A program made the translations under genes and the position numbers. Positions 35,856 through 47,727 of a stretch of 64,000 bases of DNA are shown one piece after another. Within the stretch, counting starts at the first letter, position 1, and each line of letters starts with the position of its first letter. The notes below the pieces were generated by a model. It was given only the letters and a program-made list of their open reading frames with translations, ran no database searches and had not been told where the DNA came from. Source of the stretch: Thecamonas trahens ATCC 50062 (Eukaryota; Protista; Apusomonadida); assembly GCF_000142905.1 (NCBI RefSeq), contig NW_013657655.1:186001-250000 (forward strand). Direction: 5' to 3'.

Positions 35856-37984
35856 TCAGTGCGAGGCAGCGATGGCCTTGCGGCGCTTCGGTTCCGGGAA
35901 GAGCAGTGCGGGCTCCACATCGCGTTTGCGCTTGGGCGAGCCGGGCGCAGCTGAGATAATCGAGTCCATAAACTCGGCGTAGGCTGAGGGGTGATGGATG
36001 TCGTGTGTCGACGGAAAGTCTGCAACGCCCGAGACCGAGTTGTCGCCATACGACGACGCGTTGAGCATGCCGTCGTCGAGTGCGCCGCCAACAGTGAGCG
36101 ACGGGAGCGAGGCGAGCGCGCCAGGGACAGAGGTCAGCGGGTTGGTGTGGACGTCGTCAAAGTTGATCATCGAGAGGGTCGAGTTGGGCGGACCCGAGAG
36201 CGAGGCCGAGCCGACCATCGACGTCGGCGACGCGTTGGCAGCCTTGCAGTCGGGGCACCGCCACAGCGACGACGCCACGACGTCACGCTGAGACATGCCG
36301 ACGCACTTTTCGTGGAACCAGCGAGCACACGGCCCGCCGCACACGCGCAGGTTGTTCGATGGCATGCTCGAGGTGCCAAAGCAGGTCGAGCAGTAGTCGA
36401 AGCGGAAGGTCGTCGGCGCCGACGCGCCAAAGTCCATGCCGCCGATCGGCGTCTGCGCGCCCGACGGCACCGCTGTCACCGCGTCCGACGGCGGCATGTA
36501 CACGGGCGCAGTGCCCGACCGGTACGCCACCGACGCCGGGACGAGCGGTGCGGTGCCGCGCAGGATCTCGGCAGCCGCGCTGACCACGTTGTTCGGGTCG
36601 TGCATGCCCGAGCCGCGCGCCGTCGACGCCAGCCGCGGGTCAATCCCGCCGGTGCGATGCGCGAGGAGCGCCGCAAAATCCGGCGACGTCGCACGCCCAG
36701 GCGTGGGCGCCACAGACCGCACACGTCGCGACGCCATGCCCGGCAGCGACGAGAGGTCCAGCGAGTCGAGCGCCGCAGGCGAAGTCGACCGCGGCGAGAC
36801 CGGCGCAGACGCAAAGCCGCGCGATGCGAGCGTCAGCAGCGGCTGCCCGGCATTGGCCCGCCGCTTTGAGACCCAGTAGCTGTACACGTCCTCTACCGTC
36901 GAGAGTTCCTCACCCGGGAACTGGACCAGCGACAGCTGCATGGCCTCGGTCTCGGTGTGCGAGGCCTTCTCGAACCGATCCAGGAACCGCTCGAACCGCT
37001 GAACGGTCACGCTCTTGCCCTGCGACTTGTTGTAGCCCTCAAGCCACCGCGCGTCGTCAGAGTCCATCCGGTACTCAACAGGCGAGCCCTCGAGCCCCTC
37101 GGGCGATCGCGACGCGCCCGAGAACGACGACGAGACCGACCCGTCACGCCGCCGGCGCTGGCGGGTCGGCGACCGCGAGTACAGTCGGGAACGCGGCCGC
37201 GCGGCCGCAGCAGCGGCTGCTGCCGCAGCAGCCGCTGCTGCAGACGGCGAGCCCGACGCAGCCGCTGCCGCTGCCGCTGCCTCCAACCGCCGGCGCTCCT
37301 GCCGAAGCAGCCGCGCCTCACGGCGGCGACGGCGGGCAAGCGCCCGGTTGCGCGACTCGGACGACATCGACGAGTACGAGCCCGAACCCGAATCCGAGTT
37401 GGCTGATGACGATCGCGGCGTGCGGCCCTTGCGCGACTTGGAGCTCTTCGAGCTCGACTTGGACGACGCCCCGGCCTTCTTGCCCGCGGCCTTGGCTGTC
37501 CGTGCCTTGGTCCGCGCCTTGGCCTTGGCACCCTTGGCGTCCTTGCGCCGCGCACGCGCCCGGGACTTCTTCTCAACCTCTGGAGGCGGCTCGTGCATGT
37601 TGCCACACTCCTTGAGGCCAAAGTAGCCGGATCGGTACGAGCAGAACCGCGACTGCGGCCGCTTGCACTCGACATTGAGAATCGAGTTGAGCGTCCGCGA
37701 TGGAGTGAGGCCTCTGTGGCATAGGAGGAAGAGGGAGGGTGAGTGGGGAGAGAGGGAGGGGGAGGGGGAATAAAAAGAGGACCTCGGAGAAACCAAACGA
37801 ACTTTGGCCCGCACGTCCTGTTTCAGGAAAAGCGTGTGTTCGGCATATGCCACAGGTATGGGTAAGCGTACCGAGTAGTGACGAGGTCCAGGTCCATGAT
37901 GCGGGCCATGAGGTCCTGGTAGTGGATAGAGCGCTTGGTCTTCTTGAGGACCAAGTAGGCGGCCTCCAGGAAGGACATCGACAT
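35856..37984 (-). CDS. Chromatin protein: HARE-HTH + Enhancer-of-polycomb-like (EPL) + PHD finger. Exon 1 37984-37872, intron 37871-37714
   Basis: MSFLEAAYLVLK...HYQDL...VTTRGLTPSRTLNSIL...YFGL (HARE-HTH, joined across a GTACGC/CACAG intron). EYRMDSDDARWL...FERFLDRFEK...VYSYWVSKR (EPL). C-x2-C...C-x3-C-x4-H-x2-C...WRCPDC (PHD). Confidence 0.85.
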
Positions 37985-39388
37985 GGTGGGCAGGTCAGGG
38001 GAGGCGAGAGCGGTGAAGCGAATAAGCGACGGCGGAACAGTTAGCGAGGCCGCAGCAAATTGGTTGGCGAGAAAAAAAAGAACTCGGAGCGGAAGCAGCC
38101 GACGAGTCGCGAGGAATAGATTGGGCGAAGCGGGGAAAAACTGGCTTGCCAAAAGGCTCAGCGGAGGTACTTGGACCAAGCGGGGGAGCCCAAAGAGAGC
38201 GAGAGGGGTGCCAAAAAGAAGTACGCAGACGCGGTACTTCGGCAAGTAATGGGTGCTTCCGTCGGCGGGTAGGTGGGCCGGAGCGGAAACAGGGGCGGAC
38301 GGAGTGCTCCGGTCGCTGGGGTAGTTGGGGAGGTGCGACTCAACGGAACGTCAATAAGGCACGATCCCTCACCAGGCAGGCGGAGAAACAGCGCACAGGT
38401 AGGCAGGGAAGAAGCTCAAAAACAACCCTACAGCACTTGCGGTGCGGACCGGCAAGTGTGTCAAAAGGGGCTGTGAGTGGGGGGCAGTCGTTTGGAACTG
38501 GGGCAACCGGGTTGCAGAGTCAAGTTGCCTCCGTCCCGCTGCGCTAACCCCGGCCTCGTCGCTCCCTGGCCTCACGCGCTGCGGTGGCGGTGGAGGAAAT
38601 TGTGCCCGGTGTTCCTCTCATGAAAATATGTTTCACACGTGCACAGCGCTGCCTTCCGACAGGCAATCTCCCGCACCGCCCGCCACATGCTTCCCACACC
38701 TCCGCCCACATGTCCCCTGCCTATGCTGACTCTCCAACACTCACGCTAACCTGCCCCACACGCTAGCAAAGATCACTGCTCCCGCCGATGCATCATCGCC
38801 AGCTGTTCGCAACTGGTCAACATTTGCCCTGATGGGAAACGTTGTTCACCAATGTGTCACATGTAAGTGACGTTCGCCGTCCCGCCGATCCTGGTGATGA
38901 GGCAGGTGGTGGAGTACAGGCAAGCAATATCGGGACATGGCAACGGCTCCAGCTCCAGCTTGCGGCAGGTGTGCAGTCCTTTCCCTCTGGCCCTCCGGCC
39001 TTCCTCCTACCGCCCTTCCCTTCGCACTGCCACTTGCGACCGCCATCGCGGTCGCTGTCTGCGGCTAAGGAACACTCTCACGTGCACGCGCTGCGGGTAA
39101 GAAGCAGGTGGCGCAACCGGTTGTTTCAACAATATCAACCTGTCCTCACGTGCAGATGCGCAGATGTACATGCCATCGATTGCCTCCGGGCAGGCCCAGG
39201 TCGCCTTAAAATGGCTGCCCAATTCGGGAATGTCTGACCATGTATTTCGACAAATTGGCGCTGGCGTGGCTTTGGGGGCTCCTTGCAAAGGGTGCGACTG
39301 CCGACGGCACACCTTCCCCCACGCACACAACCACAGTACCCACCTCACCTTCCCACCACGCTCTTGGGGAGCACGCAGGGCGGGTGGC

Positions 39389-40443
39389 ATGTCTGCAAAT
39401 TCTGGAGCGCGCAAGAAGCCCCAGGGTGGGGCGTGGTCGGAGAACGAGCATCTGCTGTTCCTCATGGGCTTGCAAACCTACGGTCGCGGTGACTGGCGCT
39501 CCATAGCCTCGAGCTACGTGTTGACGCGGACGCCGACACAGATCGCCTCGCATGCGCAAAAGTACTTTCTGCGTATGGAGAAGGAGTGCGTGAGTGGAGC
39601 GAACCCGGGCACGGCCACCTCGCGCAAGTCGTCGTCGCTCCTCACCCTCACCACCGCCAACGCCTACGCCCTCGCCACCCTCCACACCACCCTGTGTCTC
39701 AACTCGCCCGGCGAGCGCCCCCCGTCCCGCCGCAACTCACCCGTCGTCTTAAGCCGACTCCGCTCCACCATGCGATGGCGTCGGCGTCGGCCTGCTCACA
39801 GCTCGCCGCCCTCGGCGACTCCATCTCGCACCTAGGTGTCGCCACCCAGCCACCGCTGGCCAAAGCCGGCTCGGGCAGCTCGTCCGGCGACGACTCGTCC
39901 GGCACTCCCGGCACTCCCACCCGTCCGCTCGGCCCTGTCTCCATCGAGGATCAGCTCGACGCGCTGCTCACACGCCAGCCGTCCTTGTTGGGCTTTGGCG
40001 GCTCAGCCGACGACTCGGCCACACGTTCCGCTCTCGGCCCAGCTGCGGCTCTCGGCTCTGCTGCCGGCCCGCCGCCCGCCGGCACATCCTCATCTGGCCC
40101 GCTGTACCTCCCGGCGTCACCGCTAGGCGATCAGGCCAAAATCGACCGAGCCATCTCCTCGGTCGTCTCGTCGTCGCTCGCTAAGCTTGACAAGCCGTCC
40201 AAGCTCTCTGCTGTCATCCACGGCATCGGCCACCTCCCCAACTTTGCCATCGCAAGCATGGGCGCCTCGTCGTCTGCCAACCCGCGCATCCAGCTCCCGG
40301 TACCCATGCACCTCGAGCACCCGCCCGGCCGTGCCTCGCCGAGCTCGTCGTCATCGCGGAGCAAATCATTGTCCAAGCGCAAGAGCTCGTACTCAATGTC
40401 GCTAGCCCCGCCCGCCAAGCGCCATCAGCCGCTCCCGCCGTAG
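39389..40443 (+). CDS. SHAQKYF-class Myb transcription factor; -1 frame break between ~39718 and 39750
   Basis: WSENEHLLFLMGLQTYGRGDWRSIASSYVLTRTPTQIASHAQKYF. The low-complexity C-terminus continues in ORF 39586-40443. Confidence 0.9.
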
Positions 40444-40545
40444 CCTGCTTGTCTATGCAATGAATCGCCCCACCGAGCTCGGCCAATGTGCCCGGGCTAA
40501 CTCTGCCACGCGTCTCCACCCCCTTCACCACACCACTCCACCCGC

Positions 40546-42940
40546 ATGGGAACCCTCGTCCTCGCCACACTCCTTGCCCTTGCCCTTGCCACCGCCTCCG
40601 TCCCGCCGGCAGCAGCAGTGGCATGGTGCGGGGCGACGACGGCGGTGTCGTCCCGCTGCGTCGTCGACGCCTTGCCGGCCGTGACCAGTGGCACGACAGT
40701 GGCCATTGCCACCTCGGCAGACTCGCTGGCAGACACAAGCGCGTGGGCTGCGCTTGTCCGCATCCTCCCGCCTCCGCACCGCTCGCCGCCACCGCCATCA
40801 CCAGGCTATCTCGCCATCACCCTCACCAACCTCGTGCCGGACACAAGATACTCGCTCGCCCTCATCCACCTCCCGTCGTTTGTCAACGCCTCGGCGCCAA
40901 TCAGCCAGCTGCGGGCTGCTCTGATGGCGCTTGCTCCGACTGCGGCATCGTCATGGCGCCCAATCGCCACCTTTACTACCTTTCCGCCGCCGGTGCCGTT
41001 GCCTCGTTCACCTTTGCCGCCGCCTCGTGCGCGTCGACCGGCTCCGCTCATGCCGTCTTTGATGACCTCGCCCGTGCCCACCCGCTCTTCTTTGCCCACA
41101 TGGGTGATTTGTACTACAAGGACATTGCCGAGTCGGCGCCATGGCGGTTTGCGTCGGCGCTGAGGCAGGTCTTTGACTCGCCGACCCAGTCGGCGCTCTA
41201 CGCGTCGACCTCGGTCGTCTACATTCACGACGATCACGACTACGGCCCCAACGACTCGGACGCCGCCTCGCCAGCTCGCCCGGCCGCCCTCGCTTCTTAC
41301 CTCACTGCTGTCCCGCACTATCCACTGGCATCGCGGGCCGCTGCAGCGCTGCCGGCGCTGGACGCTGCGGCATCACCGGCGGGCGCAGTCAACGGCTCCG
41401 CCGCCTACACTCGCACCATTACGCCGGACGCTGTCGGTGCTGCACGGCTCGATGGTGTGTACCAGAGCTTTGAGGTCGGACGGGTGCTTTCCTCCTCACC
41501 GACCTCCGGGCGTCGTCCAACACCACGACCCGGCTTGGCCCGCGCCAGCGCGGCTGGCTCACGGGCATGCTCGAGCGTGCCTCACGCCATGCGCTGGTAG
41601 TCTGGATCTCGTCAGTACCGTGGATCGGTGCTGCCGCTGACGGCGACGACTCGTGGCGTGGCGTGCCGCATGAGCGCGCGTTCATCGCCAACGAGTTGGC
41701 ACGACTTAACGTGACCAACCTGGTCATGATCTCTGGTGATGCTCACATGGTGGCCATCGACTCGGGCATCCACACCAATTACGCCAACGCGTCAGCATGG
41801 CCAGACTCTATCGGCGGCGGCTTTCCGGCCCTCGTCGCTGCCCCGCTTGACCGCATCGGCTCGACCAAGGGCGGTCCGTACACCGAAGGCTGCCACGGGT
41901 TCCGGCTGTGGAAGACCCACCAGTATGGACTGGTTCGCATCGACGACTCGCTTGAGGCCACGTGTGTCACGCTCTCCGGTCATCGATACGCCCATCCTGC
42001 GCCGCTTGCCTCGCTCCGGCTCTGCACGCCGTTTGCCGTGGCACCCGCAAACGCCCAGCCCGGGAACGGCGCGTCGGGTTCGTGCTCGATGGCCTGGCTG
42101 CCGGTCTGGGCCTGGGTCACCGTATTTTTTGTCATCGTCCTCGTTGCTGTTCTCGCTGCCGCCACTTGCTTCACTGTCTACCGGCTCCGCGCCACCTGGG
42201 CGCACTCGCGGCTAGCCCGCCAGTCCGCGCCACGGCATCCAACCTTCCGTCCGGACGTTGTTGGCATGGATGAGCTCCAGCCGACAACCTCGGTCATCCG
42301 CCGCCGGCGCACCTCGCGCCGCAGAATCCAAGCATCGGATGGCCGTGGCAAGCCGTCACACCGCCGCCGCCGCCGCCGCAAGACGCGCCGCACTGATGCG
42401 GCCGTCGCAAGCGCCGCCGGCTCGCACCCGGTCGCACTGGACATGCTCGTGGCCCACACGCCGCGTACTTTGCTGCGGCTGGAGCTCGACGACTCGCTTT
42501 CGGACACACCGTTCAACCCCAGCCATGACCCGAGCTGGCTGCGGCCGCTTCCGCTGCCGGCCCGCCATCCGCGCGCGCCGTCGCCGGCCTCGCCATCAAC
42601 GATGTCGTGGTCCTCATCGCCCGCGCAGTCCTCGGCCGAGCTCTCAATGGTGTCGCCTGCACACCCGTCGCTCCCGCTCCCGCACATCAGCTCACCCGCA
42701 CTGCGCCACCTCCCCCACATCCAAGTCACTCCCGTCCGGCCTGGCTCCGGCTCCATCTCGCGCTCTTATTCGCGATCGGGCGATACTGAGCTCTCGTCCG
42801 ACCTCACCCGCGCCTCTTCGCTGACCGTCTCGACCAGCACTGGCCGACAAGTTGATCAAGGTCATGAAGGTCATGAAGCTGATGACTCCAACTATGATTA
42901 CTGTGACTACGAGTATTACTCGTACTCAACAGAGCAGTAA
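40546..42940 (+). CDS. phoD: PhoD-family alkaline phosphatase/phosphodiesterase, type I membrane protein; -1 breaks near 40981-40990 and 41488-41490
   Basis: Signal peptide and Fn3-like LTNLVPDTRY. Motifs FAAASCA, HMGDLYY, IHDDHDYGPND, TDLR, DSW, ISGDAH. TM helix WAWVTVFFVIVLVAVLAAATCF followed by a long Ser/Arg tail. Confidence 0.9.
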
Positions 42941-43089
42941 CACGGATACACTATGGGTCTCGCCCACGCCGATGATTGCCATCAGATGCGCGCCGACGTT
43001 GCCCGAGTCGCGCCACACCCCGCCACCGCCCGGCCGCTCCTCCCCACCAGCCCTAACTCCAGCCCAGCCCACCCCACTCTAGCCGCTGC

Positions 43090-44781
43090 ATGGCTGACTG
43101 CGAGTCCGACTCATCCGACTCGGCCGACTCGGCCGCTGCAAGCTTCCTCGCCGCCCCGCGCTCGCTGGTCCAGACCCGGCTGGTGTTTGCAGCTGCGGCA
43201 AGTGCCCACGGCGACGGGAGCGACGGGAGCGACGGGAGCGACGGGAGCGACGGGAGCGACGGGAGCGACGGGAGCGACGGGAGCGAGAGCGGCCGGAGCG
43301 AGAACGGCGGTGGTGGTGGCGGAGACGATGTAGGCGACAGAGACGACAGTGGAAACAGCAAAGTAGGCTCAGAGTCCAGCGCGGAAGAAGCAGGTATCAA
43401 AGTCATGAGCATGATGCGACTGGTGACTGGGATGGCGCTGGCGGGAGCTCGGCTGGTGCGCGGAGAGCGGGCGGCGGCGCGGCGGGCGGCGGCTGGGCGG
43501 CTGGTGGCGGCGCGGACGCTAGTGGTGCGCGGGCACGGTGGTGGCAACAGCAGACAGCCGCGCGATAATGTCCAGCCGCTGACCCAGCTGGCGCTTGACG
43601 GTGACGGCGCGCTGATGGTGGTGGCCAACGCGGCAGGCTCGTTCTCGGTGGTTGACCTGGAGGCAGCGCTGGCCGATGGCGACGTTGCGCGAGTGTCGAA
43701 TGCGGCAGCACCCGGCACGCTGGTCCCGGTTCTGGCTCTGCCGCCACAGGGCGCCATTCGCGACGTGCGCTTCCATCCGGACGAGCCATCAACGCTGCTG
43801 GCGGTGTACGGCAACCGACCGTGGCTTGCCCAGTACGACCTTGAAGTGTGCGGACTCGAGCCGACGCTCAAGCTCCAGGTTCCGGCCAACGAGCTGCTCT
43901 CGCCGGGCCTGCTCTCGCTGGCGGCGTTGCCGCAGCACGCCGCGGTGGGGCCACCGGTGTATGCCACATCCAGATCAGGCGCGGTGTTTGGGTGGGATCC
44001 ACGCGCGGCGCGCGGTGCGCGTCCAGCACTCCATGTCCGCACCGCACACAAGGGCCGAGCCACGGCTGTAGCCGTCTCGCACGACGGGTTCACCCTCAGT
44101 TCGGGCGGCGACGACGGGCTCATCGCGCTGTGGGACATCCGTCACACCATGATGCCACTGATGAAGGTGCATGGTTCGCGGTTCGGAGCTGACGGCTCGG
44201 CTGCCGGTGTCACGTTCCTTGGCTTTCACCCGCGGGCTCGCCACGCGCTTGTCTGGCAGATGGCCTCGGGCCAGGTGGGCGTCTTTGACATCATGGGCGA
44301 CGCGCTGGCATCTCGAGCGGCGCGGCTCTCGGGCCAAGTCGCAGTCGGCGGTGTCTCGGGCGCGCTCGCCCCGCTTGCCAATCCGGCACCGGACATGCAG
44401 GTCTGCCGGTTTGCCCTCAAGCCAGACCTGGCGGATGACGGCACGTTTACCTACACGGCGCCAGACACGCCGTGGGTGTACACCTCGATGCTCGACATGT
44501 GCGGAGGCTTTCGGCGCCTGGCGCGGCTGCCGCGGTCGAGCAAGACAACAAGCTCCAGTGACGATGACGCCGGCCTGGAGCCGTCGGCGCCGAGCGGCGG
44601 TGGCCTCTACCGGGCCACGCCGGTGCCTGCCGGTGTGGTAGCACTCCAACGACTGGAGCCGGCCGCTGGCGCGGCGTGCCTCGCGCTTCACCCAGGCCTC
44701 AATCTGGTGAGCGTGCTCGACACGCCGGATGTCTCCACGGCCGGCGACGAGGTAGCTGAGCCCGAGGACGACGACGAGTAA
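43090..44781 (+). CDS. WD40-repeat protein with acidic N-terminus
   Basis: AHKGRATAVAVSHDGFTLSSGGDDGLIALWDIR, IRDVRFHP, GAVFGWD, GQVGVFD. Confidence 0.75.
   Translation: MADCESDSSDSADSAAASFLAAPRSLVQTRLVFAAAASAHGDGSDGSDGSDGSDGSDGSDGSDGSESGRSENGGGGGGDDVGDRDDSGNSKVGSESSAEEAGIKVMSMMRLVTGMALAGARLVRGERAAARRAAAGRLVAARTLVVRGHGGGNSRQPRDNVQPLTQLALDGDGALMVVANAAGSFSVVDLEAALADGDVARVSNAAAPGTLVPVLALPPQGAIRDVRFHPDEPSTLLAVYGNRPWLAQYDLEVCGLEPTLKLQVPANELLSPGLLSLAALPQHAAVGPPVYATSRSGAVFGWDPRAARGARPALHVRTAHKGRATAVAVSHDGFTLSSGGDDGLIALWDIRHTMMPLMKVHGSRFGADGSAAGVTFLGFHPRARHALVWQMASGQVGVFDIMGDALASRAARLSGQVAVGGVSGALAPLANPAPDMQVCRFALKPDLADDGTFTYTAPDTPWVYTSMLDMCGGFRRLARLPRSSKTTSSSDDDAGLEPSAPSGGGLYRATPVPAGVVALQRLEPAAGAACLALHPGLNLVSVLDTPDVSTAGDEVAEPEDDDE
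43213..43284 (+). repeat. Coding 9-bp tandem repeat (GACGGGAGC)x8 encoding (DGS)n
   Basis: Directly visible. Confidence 0.9.
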
Positions 44782-44782
44782 G

Positions 44783-46473
44783 CTACAGCTTGACTGAGCC
44801 GTACTCGCCGTTCCACTGCTCGTAAGCAGCGAGCGACGATTGCGACACCGAGGGGCGAACGTTTGCGAGGCCGGCCTTAAAGTCGTCGTAGGAGATGGGC
44901 CGGATTTGGCTGGCGGCGACGTTGCGGACGGCAAGGCCGAGTTCGCGGACCGGGCCCAAGGCGGCGTCGCGGCACAGTGTGGCAATGTCTGCGCCCGAAT
45001 AGCCGTCGGTAGCGGTGGCGATTTTGCTCAGCTGGCGCTTGGTGAGCGAGGTGTTGTGGCCGTCGAGAAGAGCGGCGATCATGGCGGAGCGGGCGGCTGC
45101 GTTGGGAAGTGAGATGTAGATGCGCTTGGCAAAGCGGCGGCGGGCGGCCTCGTCGATGTCCTCGGGCCGATTTGTGGCGGCAAGGATGACAATGCGGTCG
45201 TCGGCCGACGTTGTGGCGCCGTCGAGCTGGACAAGGAACTCGGTCTTGAGCCGGCGCGAGGCCTCGTGCTCGTCGGCCTTGCGGGCCGAGAGAAGCGAGT
45301 CGATCTCGTCAATAAAGATGATCGACGGCTGGAGGTAGCGGGCGACAGCAAAGAGAGCGCGGACGAGCTTCTCCGACTCGCCAACGTACTTGGAGGTGAG
45401 TGACGAGGCTGAGATGGAAAAGAACGTGGCGTTGGCCTCAGATGCCACGGCCTTGGCGAGCAGCGTCTTGCCGTTTCCGGGCGGACCAAAGAGGAGCAGG
45501 CCCTTGGGCGGCGCCCGAAGGCCCGAAAACAGCTCCGGGTTGAGCGCCGGGAGAATGACCATCTCCTGCAGAGCCTGCTTGGCGTCGTCCAGGCCGATGA
45601 TGTCGTCCCAGGCGACAGAGGTACCCGAGTCGACGATCTCGTTGAGAATAAGCTCTTGCAGCGCCTTGTCCACGCCCTGGAGGTACTTGGTATCCCCACC
45701 TCTGACCCGCGCCGCTCCACCAGACGACGCCGCCGCTGCCGACGCTCCGGAAGCTCGAGCCGGCCGCGAACCACGGCCACGAGACCTTGCCGCTGATCGT
45801 GCTGATGTTGGCCGCGAACCACGGCCACGAGACCTTGCCGCTGAGCTTGCCGGTGGTGGGCGCGAGGATCGCATCGACGGCGGCGGGCGTGAGAACTGTG
45901 ACTTGCGAACGCCACGGGTAGCCGGTGACGTCAGGTCGTGCGGCGGATTGCGAGCCAGGGCCGGGGCCGGGGCCGGGGCCGGGGCTGGGACAGGGGCAGG
46001 AGCGGGTGGGGCGACGGGCTGTATGGCGTGTTCGGGGTGTGAGTGGGGGAGCGGGGAGGGGGAGGGGGTGCGGGAGGGGGGTGCGGGGAGGCGGTGTGGG
46101 CGGTGCGTACCTTGCCAAACAGGCGCTGGAAGAACGAGGGCGAGGACGGGTCGGTGGGCATGGGATTCGGGGGAGGTGCTGCAGAGGCACGGGCGGCATC
46201 GGCTTGGAGGATGTCGATGCGGTCGAGGACGGACTCGAGGGTCTTGGCGATGGTGGCGTGGGCGGTGCGGGCGGCGGGGCGGTCGCGCGGGGCAAAGCGC
46301 AGCTGCATGGCGGAGGCCAGTAGGCCCGCGCCTTCAGTGTAGAGTGCGAGGGCCTCGGTAGGCCGTCCGGCCTCTTCATGGTCGATGGCCGCGTGCACAA
46401 GTTGCTTGGCCGAGGTGTGGAGCTCGTTCTGCTGTCGTAGCGTGGCGGCTCTGCCCCCGTTCGCCACTGACAT
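44783..46473 (-). CDS. SPAST: Spastin (MIT + AAA microtubule-severing ATPase). Exon 1 46473-46111, intron 46110-46019
   Basis: MIT domain [78 protein letters not shown]...YEQWNGEYG. Phase-0 GTACGC/TACAG intron. Confidence 0.93.
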
Positions 46474-46626
46474 GTGCTGCTGGCAGGAGGGAGAGAGGCG
46501 TGGCGCGTCCGGCCAGCGTTCGACGGCGCGAGGGGAGGATGGATGGGATGACGGGAGTGGGTGTTCACATTCAAGGCGATCGGACAGGGGGGGGGAGGGA
46601 GGGGAGGGAGGGAGCGGGGCGGCGGC

Positions 46627-47727
46627 TCATTGCCGATAGCCTGCAAAGCGAGTCGAGGGCGCGCCAAGAGCCGAGGTGTTTGCGCCTGTTGCAGTGGCGG
46701 AGCGTGAGGAGCCACGCCAAGAGCCAGACGAGTGGCGGCCACCTCGGCGGCCACCGCGGCCGCCTCGGCGGCCTGCAGTCCGCTGCGAAGGCGGATGGAC
46801 GCGCTGGGCGTTGGCAGGCTTGGGATCGCGGCAGCGGCCGCAGTTGGGGTATGTGACAAAGTTCTTGGCCGAGCACTTGGGACACTTCCAGTCGCCGGGG
46901 TGGTAGCCGCGGACAGCGTGGGCGACGCGGAGGCGGGTATTCTTGAAGGGGTGCATGGAGGATCGGGCAGCAGCCTTATCGGCCGAGGCTGCAGCGCGGT
47001 AGGTAAGGAGAACGTAGCCTTCGCGCTCTTCGGCGACGACGGCAGGCTCGGTCCCGTTCTTGCGAATCTCGCCATACTTGGTCATGTGCTCGACAAGGGC
47101 GTCGAGGTCGAGCGGGCGTGGGTAGCTGGTGATCTTGACGGTCACCATGTCCTCACCGCGCTGCTTCTCGCGCGGCGGAACGGGCGGGACCCAGCCCTCA
47201 GGCGGCTCGGTCGGCGCAGGCTCACCGGCCTCGTACGCCTTGACGTAGCGGTCGTTGGAGCCGCCCTTGCCGTACTTTGCGAACCAGGCTGACCAGGCCT
47301 CGTGGCGCGCCGTCGGATCGCGGGCCGCCGCCGCCCGCATGTACCGGGTGCGGACGCCGCGCGAGGAAGCCTCGGCCTGTGCCCTGTAGAACTCGGCCCA
47401 CTCGTCGGCCCACTCGCCGCCGGATGCCTCGGCCACTAGCGCCTGGTGAGCATAGTACTGCGCCCACTGCGCAGCGTAGCCCGGCGGGCCAGCCGCGGCG
47501 GGTGCCGGCTCTCGAGTCGCATTCGGCTCGGACGTGGCGGGTGCGGCGGAGGCGGCAGTGGAGGCGGCGGTGGAGGCGGCGGAGGCAGGCTCAGCCTCTT
47601 CCTCGGAGATGGGTGCAGTACTGGGAGGGGCTTGCTCATTGGCAGCAGTGGGAGGAGAGCCAGCGACGAGCTCCATCTCCACCGGCTCGGTGGGCATGGG
47701 CTCGGCAGAGCCAGTCACGTCGGCCAT
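46627..47727 (-). CDS. RNA-binding protein: RRM + RanBP2-type zinc finger + RGG tail (FET-like arrangement)
   Basis: GYVLLTY RNP1-like motif, GDWKCPKCSAKNF...CGRC..PK, RRGGRGGRRGGR. Confidence 0.8.
   Translation of the reverse strand: MADVTGSAEPMPTEPVEMELVAGSPPTAANEQAPPSTAPISEEEAEPASAASTAASTAASAAPATSEPNATREPAPAAAGPPGYAAQWAQYYAHQALVAEASGGEWADEWAEFYRAQAEASSRGVRTRYMRAAAARDPTARHEAWSAWFAKYGKGGSNDRYVKAYEAGEPAPTEPPEGWVPPVPPREKQRGEDMVTVKITSYPRPLDLDALVEHMTKYGEIRKNGTEPAVVAEEREGYVLLTYRAAASADKAAARSSMHPFKNTRLRVAHAVRGYHPGDWKCPKCSAKNFVTYPNCGRCRDPKPANAQRVHPPSQRTAGRRGGRGGRRGGRHSSGSWRGSSRSATATGANTSALGAPSTRFAGYRQ

Noticed and set aside
39389-39600. SHAQKYF Myb as plant-derived HGT
   Set aside because: This class is known from many non-plant protists, so its presence alone is unremarkable.
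45931-46110. Apparent frameshift or split between the spastin MIT and AAA ORFs
   Set aside because: Fully explained by a canonical 92-nt phase-0 intron (46110-46019).
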